Shown here: piece after piece, positions 44,602-55,388 of the stretch
How positions within the stretch are numbered: the first letter of the stretch is position 1
How the letters are laid out: each line of letters opens with the position of its first letter
Program-made: the position numbers and the translations under genes
The notes under the pieces: generated by a model
Told to the model about the DNA's origin: nothing
What the model saw: the letters and a program-made list of their open reading frames with translations, nothing else
Databases searched by the model: none
Source of the DNA: Arcobacteraceae bacterium
Lineage (GTDB): Bacteria > Campylobacterota > Campylobacteria > Campylobacterales > Arcobacteraceae
NCBI GenBank assembly: GCA_965224485.1
Contig: CBDCZH010000016.1
Coordinates: forward strand, 160,001-224,000
Direction: 5' to 3'
DNA length: 64,000 nt

Positions 44602-45450
44602 TTATTTTATAATAGGTGAAAAGGCCTTTGTCCCTACTCTTATAATAGAGCCTATTTTTAAACTTTGTGCTTTTGATTTTGTTATAACTACTTCTACTAA
44701 CTGCTGACCTATTGATATTAAGGCTATATAAATTACATCTACTTTTTTTATATCTAAAAGTTTACCTTCAAAAGAAAATTTTTGGCTTCCTTGTGTTTTT
44801 AATAAAATATCTTTTGCTTCTCCATCTTTAATAATTTTTCCTTGCTCTAAAATAATAGACCTTGTACTTAATTTATACATTTCACTAGGATCATGGCTTA
44901 CCATTATTGTTGTGGTTTCAAACTCTTGATGTAAGGCTAGGATTTCATTTTGAAGTTTTTCTCTCATATTATGATCTAAAGCAGATAAGGGTTCATCTAA
45001 AAGTAGAAGTTTAGGTTTTTTCATTAAAGCTCGGCATAAGGCAACTCTTTGTTTCTGACCTCCACTTAAAGTGGTAGGTAGCCTTTTTCTTAAGGTTTTT
45101 AGCTCTGTCATATCTAATAATTTATCACAAAGTGTTTTGTCTTTTTTTACATATAAAAGATTTTCTTCTATACTCATATTAGGAAAAAGTGCATAATCTT
45201 GAAATACAAAACCAATTTCTCTTTTTTGTATGCTAAGTTGAAAATTATCATCTAACCAAAGCTCATTATTTACTGATATATTTCCTTTGGCTTCTTCAAG
45301 ACCTGCTAAAATTCTTAAAAAAGTAGTTTTACCTGAGCCACTTTTTCCGCTTAAACTTAAGAACTCTTTTCTTTTGATATTAAGTTTTACCTCAAGAGAC
45401 ATCTCTTTTGTAGTTCCATATAGTTTTTTCTGTATATCTATTTTAATCAT
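44602..45450 (-). CDS. modC: Molybdate ABC transporter ATPase
   Basis: GKSGSGKTT, LSGGQ, C-terminal TOBE; mod operon context. Confidence 0.93.
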   Translation of the reverse strand: MIKIDIQKKLYGTTKEMSLEVKLNIKRKEFLSLSGKSGSGKTTFLRILAGLEEAKGNISVNNELWLDDNFQLSIQKREIGFVFQDYALFPNMSIEENLLYVKKDKTLCDKLLDMTELKTLRKRLPTTLSGGQKQRVALCRALMKKPKLLLLDEPLSALDHNMREKLQNEILALHQEFETTTIMVSHDPSEMYKLSTRSIILEQGKIIKDGEAKDILLKTQGSQKFSFEGKLLDIKKVDVIYIALISIGQQLVEVVITKSKAQSLKIGSIIRVGTKAFSPIIK

Positions 45451-46154
45451 TAAAATTTTCCAAATCTATGTTTGTATTTTGCATTGAATATATAAACACT
45501 TAATAAAACTATAAAACTCATAACAAGCATTAAAATAGAGTAGATATGAGCACTTTTATAGTCTAAAATTTCTACAAATTCATAAATTGCAACTGATGCT
45601 ACTTTTGTTTCGCCTGCTATTGAACCACCTATCATTAAAACTACTCCAAATTCTCCTACAGTGTGAGCGAAGGTAACTATTAAAGATGTTAAAATTGCTG
45701 GTTTCATATTTGGTAATATTACTTTTATTATTGTAATAACAGTTGATTTTCCAGCTATATAAGAAGCTTCTATCATATTTTTATTAATACTTTCAAAACC
45801 AGCTTGCAGGGGTTGCGTCATAAAAGGCAAGGAGTAAAAACAAGAAGCAATTACTAAACCTGTAAAGTTAAAAACTAAAGATATTCCAAAATATTCTTGA
45901 AAAAAACTTCCTATAAAAGAGTTAGATGAAAGTGAAAATAAAATATAAAAACCGATTACTGAAGGTGGAAGAACTAAAGGAAGGGCGGTTAGTGCTTCAA
46001 GTAAGGGTTTAAATCTACTTTTACTTTGGGAGAGATACCAAGATAAAGGAAGACTTAGACAAAATAATATAATAGTAGTAAGTGCGGCTAATTTAAAAGA
46101 TAATAAAAAGGGTTGAAAATCAATATTTTGTAAACTTTGTATTATTTCATTCAT
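45450..46154 (-). CDS. modB: Molybdate ABC transporter permease
   Basis: [16 protein letters not shown]. Confidence 0.96.
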   Translation of the reverse strand: MNEIIQSLQNIDFQPFLLSFKLAALTTIILFCLSLPLSWYLSQSKSRFKPLLEALTALPLVLPPSVIGFYILFSLSSNSFIGSFFQEYFGISLVFNFTGLVIASCFYSLPFMTQPLQAGFESINKNMIEASYIAGKSTVITIIKVILPNMKPAILTSLIVTFAHTVGEFGVVLMIGGSIAGETKVASVAIYEFVEILDYKSAHIYSILMLVMSFIVLLSVYIFNAKYKHRFGKF

Positions 46155-46570
46155 AATACTTCTTTTATTGATAATTCACTTGCTTTTATTAAAGCTATTA
46201 CTGTGTCGTTTATTTTTAAATCAAGTTTTTTTGCACTTGCACTTGTGATTAAACTTTCAAGAATAGTATCTTGTATTTTAAGTTTAATAAAGCACAAAAG
46301 TTGCCCTACTTCAAGCTCTATAATTGTGCACTTAATTTGATTTGAATAAGAAAGAATTTCATTTAGCTTTTCTACATCTTTAGCAATTGCTATATGTGAA
46401 GCATTTACGCTTAAAATTACATTCTGCCCTACTTTAGTATTATTTAAACCTAAACTCATCATTGATAGTTTTTGTTCTAAAAAAGAAAAAGTAACTATGT
46501 TTAAATTATCTACATTTTGTATTTTTTCTATACTTGCGTATAGTTCATTGTTATCATATGAAAAAATCAT
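46151..46570 (-). CDS. TOBE/molbindin-domain protein
   Basis: SYSNQI, LITSASA..L.L, ALIKAS. Confidence 0.88.
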   Translation of the reverse strand: MIFSYDNNELYASIEKIQNVDNLNIVTFSFLEQKLSMMSLGLNNTKVGQNVILSVNASHIAIAKDVEKLNEILSYSNQIKCTIIELEVGQLLCFIKLKIQDTILESLITSASAKKLDLKINDTVIALIKASELSIKEVL

Positions 46571-47307
46571 GGAACTAGGTATCCAAAGTTTTCTAAAATC
46601 TTTTTAGCTTTCAAGCTCAAGATAAAATCATAAAATTCTTTTGCTTCTTTTTTATGTTTAGAATTTTTAAGTATTACTATTCCTTGATTTATACTCTCAT
46701 ATAAGTTTTTATCAATATTTAGGTAGTTTTGACCTTCTTTATACTTTAACATAGAAGGTGCAAAAAGTGATGATTTTGCAATAAAACCAATTTCCGCAGC
46801 ATTTAGTGTATATGTTACAGCTTGTGAAATAGAGCCTGCATAAATTAGTTTATGTTTGAGTTCTTTTAAAAGTTTTGCATTTTTTAACACTTCTTTTGAA
46901 ACTTTGCCATAAGGTGCAGTTTTAGGATTAGCTAGAGCTATTCTTTTTATGTCTTTATTTCTTAAAATATCTAGTTTTTGTGAAAAGTCCCGTTTTTTAC
47001 TAGAAAAAAGCACTAAAGAACCTTTTGCATAGATTTTAGCTTTAAATAGTGTTAGGTTTTTTTTGTATAAAAAATCTGGATATTTCATATCAGCAGACAT
47101 AAATATATCATAAGGTGCACTGTTTTGTATTTGTGAGCTTAGTTTTCCACTAGAAGAGATACTAAGTTTAACTTTAGTTTTAGGATATTCTTTGTTGAAC
47201 TCTTTTATTAAAGTTGGCATAACATATGATAAATTTGAGGCTAGTGCTATATTCAAGCAAAATGCTTGAGATATAAAAATAAAACTTAGAAAAAGTATTT
47301 TAATCAT
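46567..47307 (-). CDS. modA: Molybdate-binding periplasmic protein
   Basis: SSGKL, DIFMSAD, ANPKTAPYG. Confidence 0.96.
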   Translation of the reverse strand: MIKILFLSFIFISQAFCLNIALASNLSYVMPTLIKEFNKEYPKTKVKLSISSSGKLSSQIQNSAPYDIFMSADMKYPDFLYKKNLTLFKAKIYAKGSLVLFSSKKRDFSQKLDILRNKDIKRIALANPKTAPYGKVSKEVLKNAKLLKELKHKLIYAGSISQAVTYTLNAAEIGFIAKSSLFAPSMLKYKEGQNYLNIDKNLYESINQGIVILKNSKHKKEAKEFYDFILSLKAKKILENFGYLVP

Positions 47308-47315
47308 AATAGTCC

Positions 47316-48086
47316 TTACATTATTGAAATATTATATGCTTTAAATTGTGCATATACTAAATCATTTTCTTTTAAAGCTAATTTTTTACAAGATGCTGAA
47401 GTTATTTTTGCATGAATCGTATCTTTATGTTTACATAACAATGTTAAGTTAGTGTTTATTCCATCATCATTTATAGCTATAATCACAGCTTCTAATATAT
47501 TTCTAGCAGAAGATTTATTTTTCTGTTTATGAATAATAATAGCTGATGTTTCAACTAAAAAATTTATCTCTTGGTTTATTTTCAAAAGTTTCTTTTCTAC
47601 AAAATCTTTTGAATTTATAGAAAATAGTTTTTGTTTAGATTCTAAAGTTATTTCTATTTCATAATTGCTGTTTATTAAACTTAAGTTACTTATGTGAGCT
47701 TTTAATCTTGTAAAAGAGGGTGGAATTTCTTTTTCTTCATCAATATTTTCATTAAAAGATTGTTCTAAAATTTTTAAATAGTTTTCATTTAACGTTTGTA
47801 TTTCATTGAAATTATGTATTAGCTCTTTAGCAATAGAAGTAAGAACGCTCCCTCCTCCACCTTTCCCTCCAGTAACTCTTGTTACTAAAGTTTTATTTGA
47901 GAGTTTATTCATAATATCAATACTATCCCAAGCAGCTTTGTATGACATTTTCATATATTTAGCAGCTTTTGAAATTGAACCATAAATCTCTATATTTGAA
48001 AGAAGTTCAATTCTTCCTTTTCCTATAAAGTTACGTTCTTCTTTCTTCACCCATATTTGTCCATCTATTGTAAATAAATTATTCAT
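47316..48086 (-). CDS. modE: Molybdate-responsive regulator
   Basis: GSISKAAK.M.MSYKAAW, GGKGGG, SSARN TOBE domain. Confidence 0.93.
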   Translation of the reverse strand: MNNLFTIDGQIWVKKEERNFIGKGRIELLSNIEIYGSISKAAKYMKMSYKAAWDSIDIMNKLSNKTLVTRVTGGKGGGGSVLTSIAKELIHNFNEIQTLNENYLKILEQSFNENIDEEKEIPPSFTRLKAHISNLSLINSNYEIEITLESKQKLFSINSKDFVEKKLLKINQEINFLVETSAIIIHKQKNKSSARNILEAVIIAINDDGINTNLTLLCKHKDTIHAKITSASCKKLALKENDLVYAQFKAYNISIM

Positions 48087-48089
48087 AAG

Positions 48090-48113
48090 CGTAATATAAC
48101 AAAATATATAACG
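48090..48113. promoter_or_regulatory. ModE-type operator
   Basis: CGTAATATA-N6-TATATAACG immediately upstream of the modE start. Confidence 0.8.
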
Positions 48114-48161
48114 CTATGTCAAACATTTTGTAATTTTTGATAGTTTTGTATACAATGTTTT

Positions 48162-48770
48162 ATGAAAGAAATTACAAAAGAAGAAGCTTTTTTATTTTTA
48201 AGAAAAACTGTAAATGATTATTATTTATTATCTGATGAAACTTTTTTATGTCTACAAAATATTTGTACTTTTACTTATGTAAAGAAAAATGAATCTATTT
48301 GTAAAATAAATGAAGTACCAAAATATTTTTATTTTGTACTAAAAGGTTTATTTCGATCTTTTATTATAAGTAGCAAAGGGAAAGAATACAATAAAAACTT
48401 TTTTACAGAAGGTATGTTTCCTGGTTCCATGAGTTCTTTATTAAAAAATGAGAGTTCTAGTTTTGAGATACAAGCTTTAGAAAACTCATATATATTCAAA
48501 ATAGATTTTAAAAAATATAGAGAATTACTCTTAGTTTCAGAAGATTTAAAATTATTTCAAATTTATTATTTAGAAGAAAACTGGTTATTGCAAAAAGATA
48601 GCAGAGAAGTTTCTATTGTGCAAGATGATGCACTTATGAGATATGAAGAGTTTATATTTGCAAATAAAAATCTTGTAACTAGATTAACAAAATATCATAT
48701 TGCCTCACATTTAGGAATTACTGCAACACAATTAAGTAGAATTCGCAAAAATATCAACATATGTAAATGA
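48162..48770 (+). CDS. Crp/Fnr family regulator
   Basis: cNMP-binding domain, IASHLGIT..QLSRIR. Confidence 0.92.
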   Translation: MKEITKEEAFLFLRKTVNDYYLLSDETFLCLQNICTFTYVKKNESICKINEVPKYFYFVLKGLFRSFIISSKGKEYNKNFFTEGMFPGSMSSLLKNESSSFEIQALENSYIFKIDFKKYRELLLVSEDLKLFQIYYLEENWLLQKDSREVSIVQDDALMRYEEFIFANKNLVTRLTKYHIASHLGITATQLSRIRKNINICK

Positions 48771-48826
48771 CAATATTTTCTAAAAACATTAAAATGTTCG
48801 TATAAATTAATTATACGAGGATATAT

Positions 48827-49270
48827 ATGTTGTATTTTATTTTACTCTCTTTTTTTGCAGGTGTTGCAATAGCCTTGCAGGCAAATATTAATTCTTATGT
48901 TGGTGTTATATTAACTAGCTCAATAATAGCAACACTTTTTGCTTTAATAAGTAGTTTGCTTATTACAAGTATTGCTAGTCTTGTTTTAGTAAAAGAGCTC
49001 CCAAGTCTTGAAATAATTAAAACAGTTCCTATTTATTTGTGGTTTGTTATTGGACTTCTAAGCTCTTTTGCTTTAGCTTCATTTTATTTTGTAATTCCAA
49101 AAATAGGAATATTAAATATGTTAAGTTTTGCTATTTGTGGACAAGTGATATTTTCACTAATTTCAAGCCATTTTGCTTGGTTTGATTTACCCGTTTCAAC
49201 TATAAATACAAGTAAGGTAGTAGGTGTTATATCTATGTTATTTGGAATATTTTTAATTAATAAAGGATAA
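48827..49270 (+). CDS. DMT family transporter (YdcZ-like)
   Basis: AG..IALQ..IN, GQ..FS...HF. Confidence 0.85.
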   Translation: MLYFILLSFFAGVAIALQANINSYVGVILTSSIIATLFALISSLLITSIASLVLVKELPSLEIIKTVPIYLWFVIGLLSSFALASFYFVIPKIGILNMLSFAICGQVIFSLISSHFAWFDLPVSTINTSKVVGVISMLFGIFLINKG

Positions 49271-49285
49271 GTTATCAAAAAAGAA

Positions 49286-50086
49286 ATGTTAAAAGAATAT
49301 CTTGATATTTTAGATATGAACGAAGATATAAAAAATGTAGAAGATATAACAAGGCTGATGCAAGCACATTTAAATATTTTTCCTTTTTCTAGTGCAAAGG
49401 TATTATTAAAATATGAAATTTCCTTAGATATTAAAGATATTTTTGCAAGTATTGTTTTACAAAAAAAAGGAGGCTACTGTTTTGAACATAATAAACTATT
49501 TTATGAAGTGCTAAAAGCCTTAGGTTTTAAAGTAGAATTCTTTCTTGCCAGAGTTATAAATAATACTAAGAATATTGTTCCTTTAACGCATAGAATAACA
49601 GTTTTATATATAAGAAGCGAAAAATATTTAATTGATGTTGGATTTGGTTTTAGAACTCCAATCATAGCTGTCAAGTTCTCTTTGCAAAAACAATATAGTC
49701 ATTTAGGAACTTCGTATTTTATAAAAAAGGAAGATGATTCTTATTCTATGGTTTTGTCTGATGAGAAGGAAGATTTTGTAGCAACAAGTTTTACCTTAGA
49801 TAAATATCATGAAGCTGATTGTATTTTAGGTCACTTCTATTCATCAAGATATGAGAAAGCTGCTTTTGTAAATAATCTTGTAGTTTCTTTAATAAAAAAA
49901 GACCGTATGTATTCACTTGTTAATAATAGATATGAAATAAAATATACAAATGGAAGAAAATATAAGAAAGAGATAATAATAATAAATTCATATATACAAT
50001 TTGAAAGTATTTTAGACAAAGATTTGAATTTACACTTAGAAAATAAAGAGATAAAATATTTATATGATAGATTTATCAATGTGTAA
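49286..50086 (+). CDS. Arylamine N-acetyltransferase
   Basis: GGYCFEHN, H, DVGFG catalytic triad motifs. Confidence 0.93.
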   Translation: MLKEYLDILDMNEDIKNVEDITRLMQAHLNIFPFSSAKVLLKYEISLDIKDIFASIVLQKKGGYCFEHNKLFYEVLKALGFKVEFFLARVINNTKNIVPLTHRITVLYIRSEKYLIDVGFGFRTPIIAVKFSLQKQYSHLGTSYFIKKEDDSYSMVLSDEKEDFVATSFTLDKYHEADCILGHFYSSRYEKAAFVNNLVVSLIKKDRMYSLVNNRYEIKYTNGRKYKKEIIIINSYIQFESILDKDLNLHLENKEIKYLYDRFINV

Positions 50087-50137
50087 AATAAGAAAAAAAT
50101 ACCTTTTTATACTATAATCTTATTTAAATTTAATTAA

Positions 50138-50569
50138 ATGAGTATATACATGAAAAAAAATGATGTTAGTTTAGAAAGAGTTTTTGAAAAACCTATAAAA
50201 ATCTTTGGTAAACAGTTAAAAGTTATGAGAGTAATACTAATTTCTCTTGTTTCTGTAATATATGGAGCTTCACTTTTTTATGAAACAAATTCATATATTG
50301 CTTTAGCTTGGGCTCTTTTGTCTTTAGTTTTACTCTCAGTGATGGCCTTATTGTTATATAAAAGAATTTTATATTTTAATGAATACTGCTTGGAGTGTTC
50401 ACCTGCTGGAGATCTATTTTTAACAAAACTTCATGGTCATTGTTCTAAGTGTGATGGGCATTTAAGAATAAAAAAGAATAAAAAAACTTCATATATTCAA
50501 TGTGATAAAGATGCGAATCATGTTTGGAATTTATTTGAAAATGAAGTAAAAGAAGAGAAAAAGTCTTAA
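50138..50569 (+). CDS. Hypothetical membrane protein with zinc-ribbon-like C-terminus
   Basis: Two TM helices; CxxC twice and C...H. Confidence 0.75.
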   Translation: MSIYMKKNDVSLERVFEKPIKIFGKQLKVMRVILISLVSVIYGASLFYETNSYIALAWALLSLVLLSVMALLLYKRILYFNEYCLECSPAGDLFLTKLHGHCSKCDGHLRIKKNKKTSYIQCDKDANHVWNLFENEVKEEKKS

Positions 50570-51474
50570 CTCTCTTCTTCAAACTTTTTAAATATATCTT
50601 TGTTTTTTGAGAATATTTTATAAATAATATTTTTATAAGTAAATTCTAAATAATTTGCTTGTAACCAAAGTCTTGAGCAACCACTTGCTTTAATTCTATC
50701 TTCTTTTGATAGTTTTTTATCTAAATAATCTTCTGCTTCTTCATCGCTAACTCCATAAATAGGGTCACCTAAAATAGTATGAGAGATTGAGTGAAGGTGT
50801 ACTCTTATTTGATGCTGTCTACCTGTTAGTGGAATTATTTCTATTAAAGTACAATTTGTTTTTTTATTATATAAAATTGGTTTTATATAAGTACTTGAAC
50901 TTTTACCCTCGCCTTCTTCACAAACTTTCATACGAACGCCTATCTTTTTACCCTCTTTATTTAAAGCTTTGTTTATATTTACGTCTTCTTTCATTTCTCC
51001 TCTTACAATAGCTATGTAAGATTTTTTATACTCTTTTTGCTCAAACATATCTGCTAAGGCATTTATACTCTTGTCATGTAAACCAACAAGGACTAAACCA
51101 GAGGTTTCAGCATCGATTCTATGAACTTGATTTGCATTTTTACCTAGGTGGTATTTTATTTCATCTAATAAACTATAAGGTGTTTTCTTTGAGTTTGGAT
51201 GTATCATCAAATGACTTGGTTTATCAAATAAAGCAAAGTCTTTAAATATTATTAATGGTTTTAAACCTCTTGTATGTCCTTCAAATTCAGCTATATAAAT
51301 ATTATTTTCTCTTACTTGCTCATGTATCTTATAAGGGTGTTTATTAAGGTCAAATACTCTTGCTTTACTTAACATTCTTTGGGAGAAAGAAGCGCTTAAA
51401 TGGGCATCTTGCATCAAACTTACATGTATTTTCTTACCTATACAAGAATTATATTTTTTTAAAATAAAAGGCAA
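50566..51474 (-). CDS. RluA family pseudouridine synthase
   Basis: HRIDAETSG, TGRQHQIRVH, GDPIYG. Confidence 0.95.
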   Translation of the reverse strand: MPFILKKYNSCIGKKIHVSLMQDAHLSASFSQRMLSKARVFDLNKHPYKIHEQVRENNIYIAEFEGHTRGLKPLIIFKDFALFDKPSHLMIHPNSKKTPYSLLDEIKYHLGKNANQVHRIDAETSGLVLVGLHDKSINALADMFEQKEYKKSYIAIVRGEMKEDVNINKALNKEGKKIGVRMKVCEEGEGKSSSTYIKPILYNKKTNCTLIEIIPLTGRQHQIRVHLHSISHTILGDPIYGVSDEEAEDYLDKKLSKEDRIKASGCSRLWLQANYLEFTYKNIIYKIFSKNKDIFKKFEEES

Positions 51475-51611
51475 ATTGTTTTCCTAAAAATTAAGTTAAA
51501 ATTAACCAAAAATTAATGAAAAATTTTGGCTAAATTAGTTAATATAATCATACTAAAAAAAATAGAAATTCTTAATGAACTTAAATTACATTATAAACAA
51601 GGGATATATAA

Positions 51612-52943
51612 ATGGTTGAAAGATATGCTAGAGAAGAAATGACAAAACATTGGACTCAACACGCAAGATATGCTGCATGGTTAGAAGTTGAAAAAGCTGC
51701 TGTTAAAGCTTGGAATAAATTAGGTTTAATTCCTGACTCTGATTGTGAAAAAATTGTTAAAAATGCTACATTTTCAGTTGAAAGAATTGAAGAGATAGAA
51801 GCTATTACAAAACATGATTTAATCGCTTTTAATACAAGTGTAAGTGAAAGTTTAGGAGAAGAATCAAGATGGTTCCATTATGGAATGACTTCTTCTGACG
51901 CTGTTGATACTGGTGTTGCCCTTCAAATGAAAGATTCACTTAAGATTATTATAAAAGATGTTGATATGTTAATGAGCTCTATTGAAAAAAGAGCACAAGA
52001 ACATAAAATGACTTTAATGGTAGGACGAAGCCATGGTATTCATGGGGAACCTATTACTTTTGGTTTAACTTTGGCTGTTTGGTATGATGAAATGGCAAGA
52101 CATAAAAAGAACTTAGAAGAAACTATGGAAGTTATTTGTGTTGGTCAAATTTCTGGAGCTATGGGTAACTTTGCTCATGCACCTTTAGAGCTTGAAGAGT
52201 ACGCAATGGAAGAATTAGGTTTAAAATCTGCTCCTTGTTCAAACCAAGTAATTCAAAGAGATAGATATGCAAGACTTGCAACAGCTTTAGCTCTAATGGC
52301 TTCAAGTGTTGAAAAATTTGCAGTTCAAGTGCGACATTTACAAAGAACAGAAGTTTATGAATGTGAAGAGTTTTTCGCAAAAGGGCAAAAAGGTTCTTCT
52401 GCTATGCCTCATAAAAGAAATCCAATTTTGACAGAAAATATAACAGGTCTGGCAAGAATGATTAGATCATATGCAATTCCAGCTATGGAAAACGTTGCTT
52501 TATGGCATGAAAGAGATATCTCTCATAGTTCAACTGAAAGATTTTGGTTACCTGATGCTTTTATTACTAGTGATTTTATGTTACATAGAATGAATAACGT
52601 AATAGCAAACTTAACTGTTATGCCTAAAAATATGATGAAAAACTTAAACTTAACTGGTGGTTTAGTATTTTCTCAAAGAGTATTATTAGAACTTCCAAAA
52701 GCAGGTGTTAGCAGAGAAGATGCTTACAGAATTGTTCAAAGAAATGCTATGAAAGTTTGGGAAGAGATTCAAGAAGGTAAACCAACAACTAATGAAAATG
52801 GTGATTCTTTATACCTACAATATTTATTAGCAGATGAAGAACTAGGTAAATCTCTAAGCCAAGAACAAATCAAAGAGTGTTTCTGTTTTGATTATTATAC
52901 AAAAAATGTAGATGGAATTTTTAACAGAGTTTTTAAAAAATAA
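51612..52943 (+). CDS. purB: Adenylosuccinate lyase
   Basis: GSSAMPHKRNP, HYGMTSSD. Confidence 0.98.
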   Translation: MVERYAREEMTKHWTQHARYAAWLEVEKAAVKAWNKLGLIPDSDCEKIVKNATFSVERIEEIEAITKHDLIAFNTSVSESLGEESRWFHYGMTSSDAVDTGVALQMKDSLKIIIKDVDMLMSSIEKRAQEHKMTLMVGRSHGIHGEPITFGLTLAVWYDEMARHKKNLEETMEVICVGQISGAMGNFAHAPLELEEYAMEELGLKSAPCSNQVIQRDRYARLATALALMASSVEKFAVQVRHLQRTEVYECEEFFAKGQKGSSAMPHKRNPILTENITGLARMIRSYAIPAMENVALWHERDISHSSTERFWLPDAFITSDFMLHRMNNVIANLTVMPKNMMKNLNLTGGLVFSQRVLLELPKAGVSREDAYRIVQRNAMKVWEEIQEGKPTTNENGDSLYLQYLLADEELGKSLSQEQIKECFCFDYYTKNVDGIFNRVFKK

Positions 52944-52985
52944 TTTTATTATAAAGAAAAAAAATTTTAACAATGGGATAGTAAT

Positions 52986-55370
52986 ATGGCAATAATGATT
53001 CGAAAAAGAAATGGACGAAAAGAAGTTTTAGATATTACCAAAATTCAAAAAATGACAGTAGAAGCAACAGATCAACTATCTGGCGTTTCGCAAAGTGAAT
53101 TAGAACTAGATGCTCAGATAAAATTTATTGATGGTATGAGTTCAGAGGATATTCAAGATGCACTAATAAAAACAGCAGTTGAAAAAATTGATATAGATGT
53201 TCCTGATTGGACTTTTGTAGCTGCAAGACTGTTTTTATTTAATCTTTATCATAAAGTAGGTCGAGCTACAGGTGGAGTTAAGGGTGAGGCATATTGTCAT
53301 TTAAAAGATTATATTAAAACAAATCAAGATGCTGGAAGAATGATTCCTGCATTAGAGATCGGTTATGACTTAGACGATTTAAATAATCACTTAGACCCTC
53401 AAAGAGATTTTCAATTCAATTATTTAGGAATAAAAACTTTATATGATAGATATTTAATTAAAGATAAAAATGCTCAACCAATAGAACTTCCTCAGCATAT
53501 GTTTATGGGAATAGCAATGTTCCTAGCTCAAAATGAAAAAAATAAACAAGAGTGTGCAAAAGAATTTTATGACATTGTTTCAAAATTTGAAGTAATGCTA
53601 GCAACTCCAACTCTATCAAATGCAAGAACAAATAGACATCAACTTTCATCTTGTTATATAGGATCAACTCCTGATAATATTGAAGGAATTTTTGATACTT
53701 ACCATGAAATGGCCTTATTATCTAAATATGGTGGTGGAATTGGTTGGGATTGGAACCAAGTTAGAGCTTTAGGTGGTGTTATTGATGACCATAAAAGTGC
53801 AGCAGGTGGAACAGTTCCATTTTTAAAAATTACGAATGATGTTGCTTTAGCTGTTGATCAATTAGGTACACGAAAAGGAGCAATTGCTGTTTACTTAGAG
53901 CCTTGGCATATGGATATAAGTGATTTTATTGATTTAAAAAAGAACTCAGGTGAAGAGCGACGAAGAGCTCATGATCTGTTTCCTGCTTTATGGATAAGTG
54001 ATCTGTTTATGGAAAGAATCTTAGCAGATGCATCTTGGACTCTTTTTGATCCTTATGAAGTTAAAGATTTATCTGAGCTTTTTGGAGAAGATTTTACAAA
54101 AAGATATGAAGAGTATGAAAATGATGATAGTATTACTAAAAATAGAATTAAAGCAAAAGATTTATGGAAAAAAATTCTAACATCATACTTTGAATCAGGA
54201 AGTCCTTTCTTATGTTTTAAAGATAATGCAAATAGAGCTAATCCAAACTCACATGTAGGACATATACGAAGTTCAAATCTTTGTACAGAAATTTTCCAAA
54301 ATACGAATCCAAATCACTATAAAACTAAATTTGAATTTGAAGATGGAAGTGTAGAGGCTTATGAAGAAAATGAGATTATACTTCTAGATTCAGGAATTAA
54401 GAAAAAAGCAAATAAAGTTACTGCATTAGATTCATTAAATGGTAAAAAAATATTTATTGTTGAGAAAGAAAAAATCGATGGTGATACAGCTGTTTGTAAC
54501 TTAGCTTCTATTAACTTAAGTAAAATAAATACTAAAGAAGATATGGAAAGAGTTATTCCAATAGCAGTAAGAATGCTTGATAATGTAATTGATTTAAACT
54601 TTTATCCTTTACGAAAAGTAAAAGCAACTAACTTAAAATCACGTTCAATTGGACTTGGTGTTATGGGTGAAGCTCAAATGTTAGCTGAAAAACAAATTGT
54701 ATGGGGAAGCAATGAACACTTAAAAGAGATTGACTCTTTAATGGAATCTGTTTCTTATAATACGATAAAAGCCTCTTGTGCTCTTTCTTCTGAAAAAGGA
54801 GCTTATCCAACATTTAAAGGTTCTAAGTGGTCACAAGGTATTATGCCTCATGACCATGCGCCTCAAGCTGTAAATGCTTTAGTAAAAAAAGATTTATTTG
54901 ATACAGGATATGATTGGGATGTTTTAAGAGAAGACGTTAAGAAAAATGGAATGAGAAATGGTTATTTAATGGCGGTTGCTCCTACTTCTTCTATCTCTAT
55001 TTTAGTTGGAACTACTCAGGCAATTGAACCTGTGTTTAAAAGAAAATGGTTTGAAGAGAATCTTTCAGGACTTATTCCTGTTGTTGTTCCAAAACTTTCT
55101 CCTGAAACTTGGGCTTATTATACTCCTGCTTTTGAAATTGATCAATTAGATTTAATAAAAGCAGCAGCAGTTAGGCAAAAATGGATGGATCAAGGTCAAA
55201 GTACAAATATATTTATGAGTTTAGATAAAGCAAGTGGTAAGTACTTACATCAAATTTATACTTTAGCTTGGCAACTTGGATTAAAATCAACATATTATCT
55301 AAGAAGTCAATCTCCAGAAGCTTCAACTGATATAGAAGATAGAAGCCTTGAGTGTTCAGGGTGTCAATAA
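52986..55370 (+). CDS. nrdA: Class I ribonucleotide reductase alpha subunit
   Basis: ATP cone, SSC, SNLCTE, CNL, YY, C-terminal CSGC. Confidence 0.98.
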   Translation: MAIMIRKRNGRKEVLDITKIQKMTVEATDQLSGVSQSELELDAQIKFIDGMSSEDIQDALIKTAVEKIDIDVPDWTFVAARLFLFNLYHKVGRATGGVKGEAYCHLKDYIKTNQDAGRMIPALEIGYDLDDLNNHLDPQRDFQFNYLGIKTLYDRYLIKDKNAQPIELPQHMFMGIAMFLAQNEKNKQECAKEFYDIVSKFEVMLATPTLSNARTNRHQLSSCYIGSTPDNIEGIFDTYHEMALLSKYGGGIGWDWNQVRALGGVIDDHKSAAGGTVPFLKITNDVALAVDQLGTRKGAIAVYLEPWHMDISDFIDLKKNSGEERRRAHDLFPALWISDLFMERILADASWTLFDPYEVKDLSELFGEDFTKRYEEYENDDSITKNRIKAKDLWKKILTSYFESGSPFLCFKDNANRANPNSHVGHIRSSNLCTEIFQNTNPNHYKTKFEFEDGSVEAYEENEIILLDSGIKKKANKVTALDSLNGKKIFIVEKEKIDGDTAVCNLASINLSKINTKEDMERVIPIAVRMLDNVIDLNFYPLRKVKATNLKSRSIGLGVMGEAQMLAEKQIVWGSNEHLKEIDSLMESVSYNTIKASCALSSEKGAYPTFKGSKWSQGIMPHDHAPQAVNALVKKDLFDTGYDWDVLREDVKKNGMRNGYLMAVAPTSSISILVGTTQAIEPVFKRKWFEENLSGLIPVVVPKLSPETWAYYTPAFEIDQLDLIKAAAVRQKWMDQGQSTNIFMSLDKASGKYLHQIYTLAWQLGLKSTYYLRSQSPEASTDIEDRSLECSGCQ

Positions 55371-55388
55371 AAGATTTAAAGGTAAAAC

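Noticed and set aside
54290..54500. Intein in nrdA between SNLCTE and CNL
   Set aside because: Short insert of about 60 aa with no splicing motifs (no C-terminal HN); looks like a lineage-specific loop.
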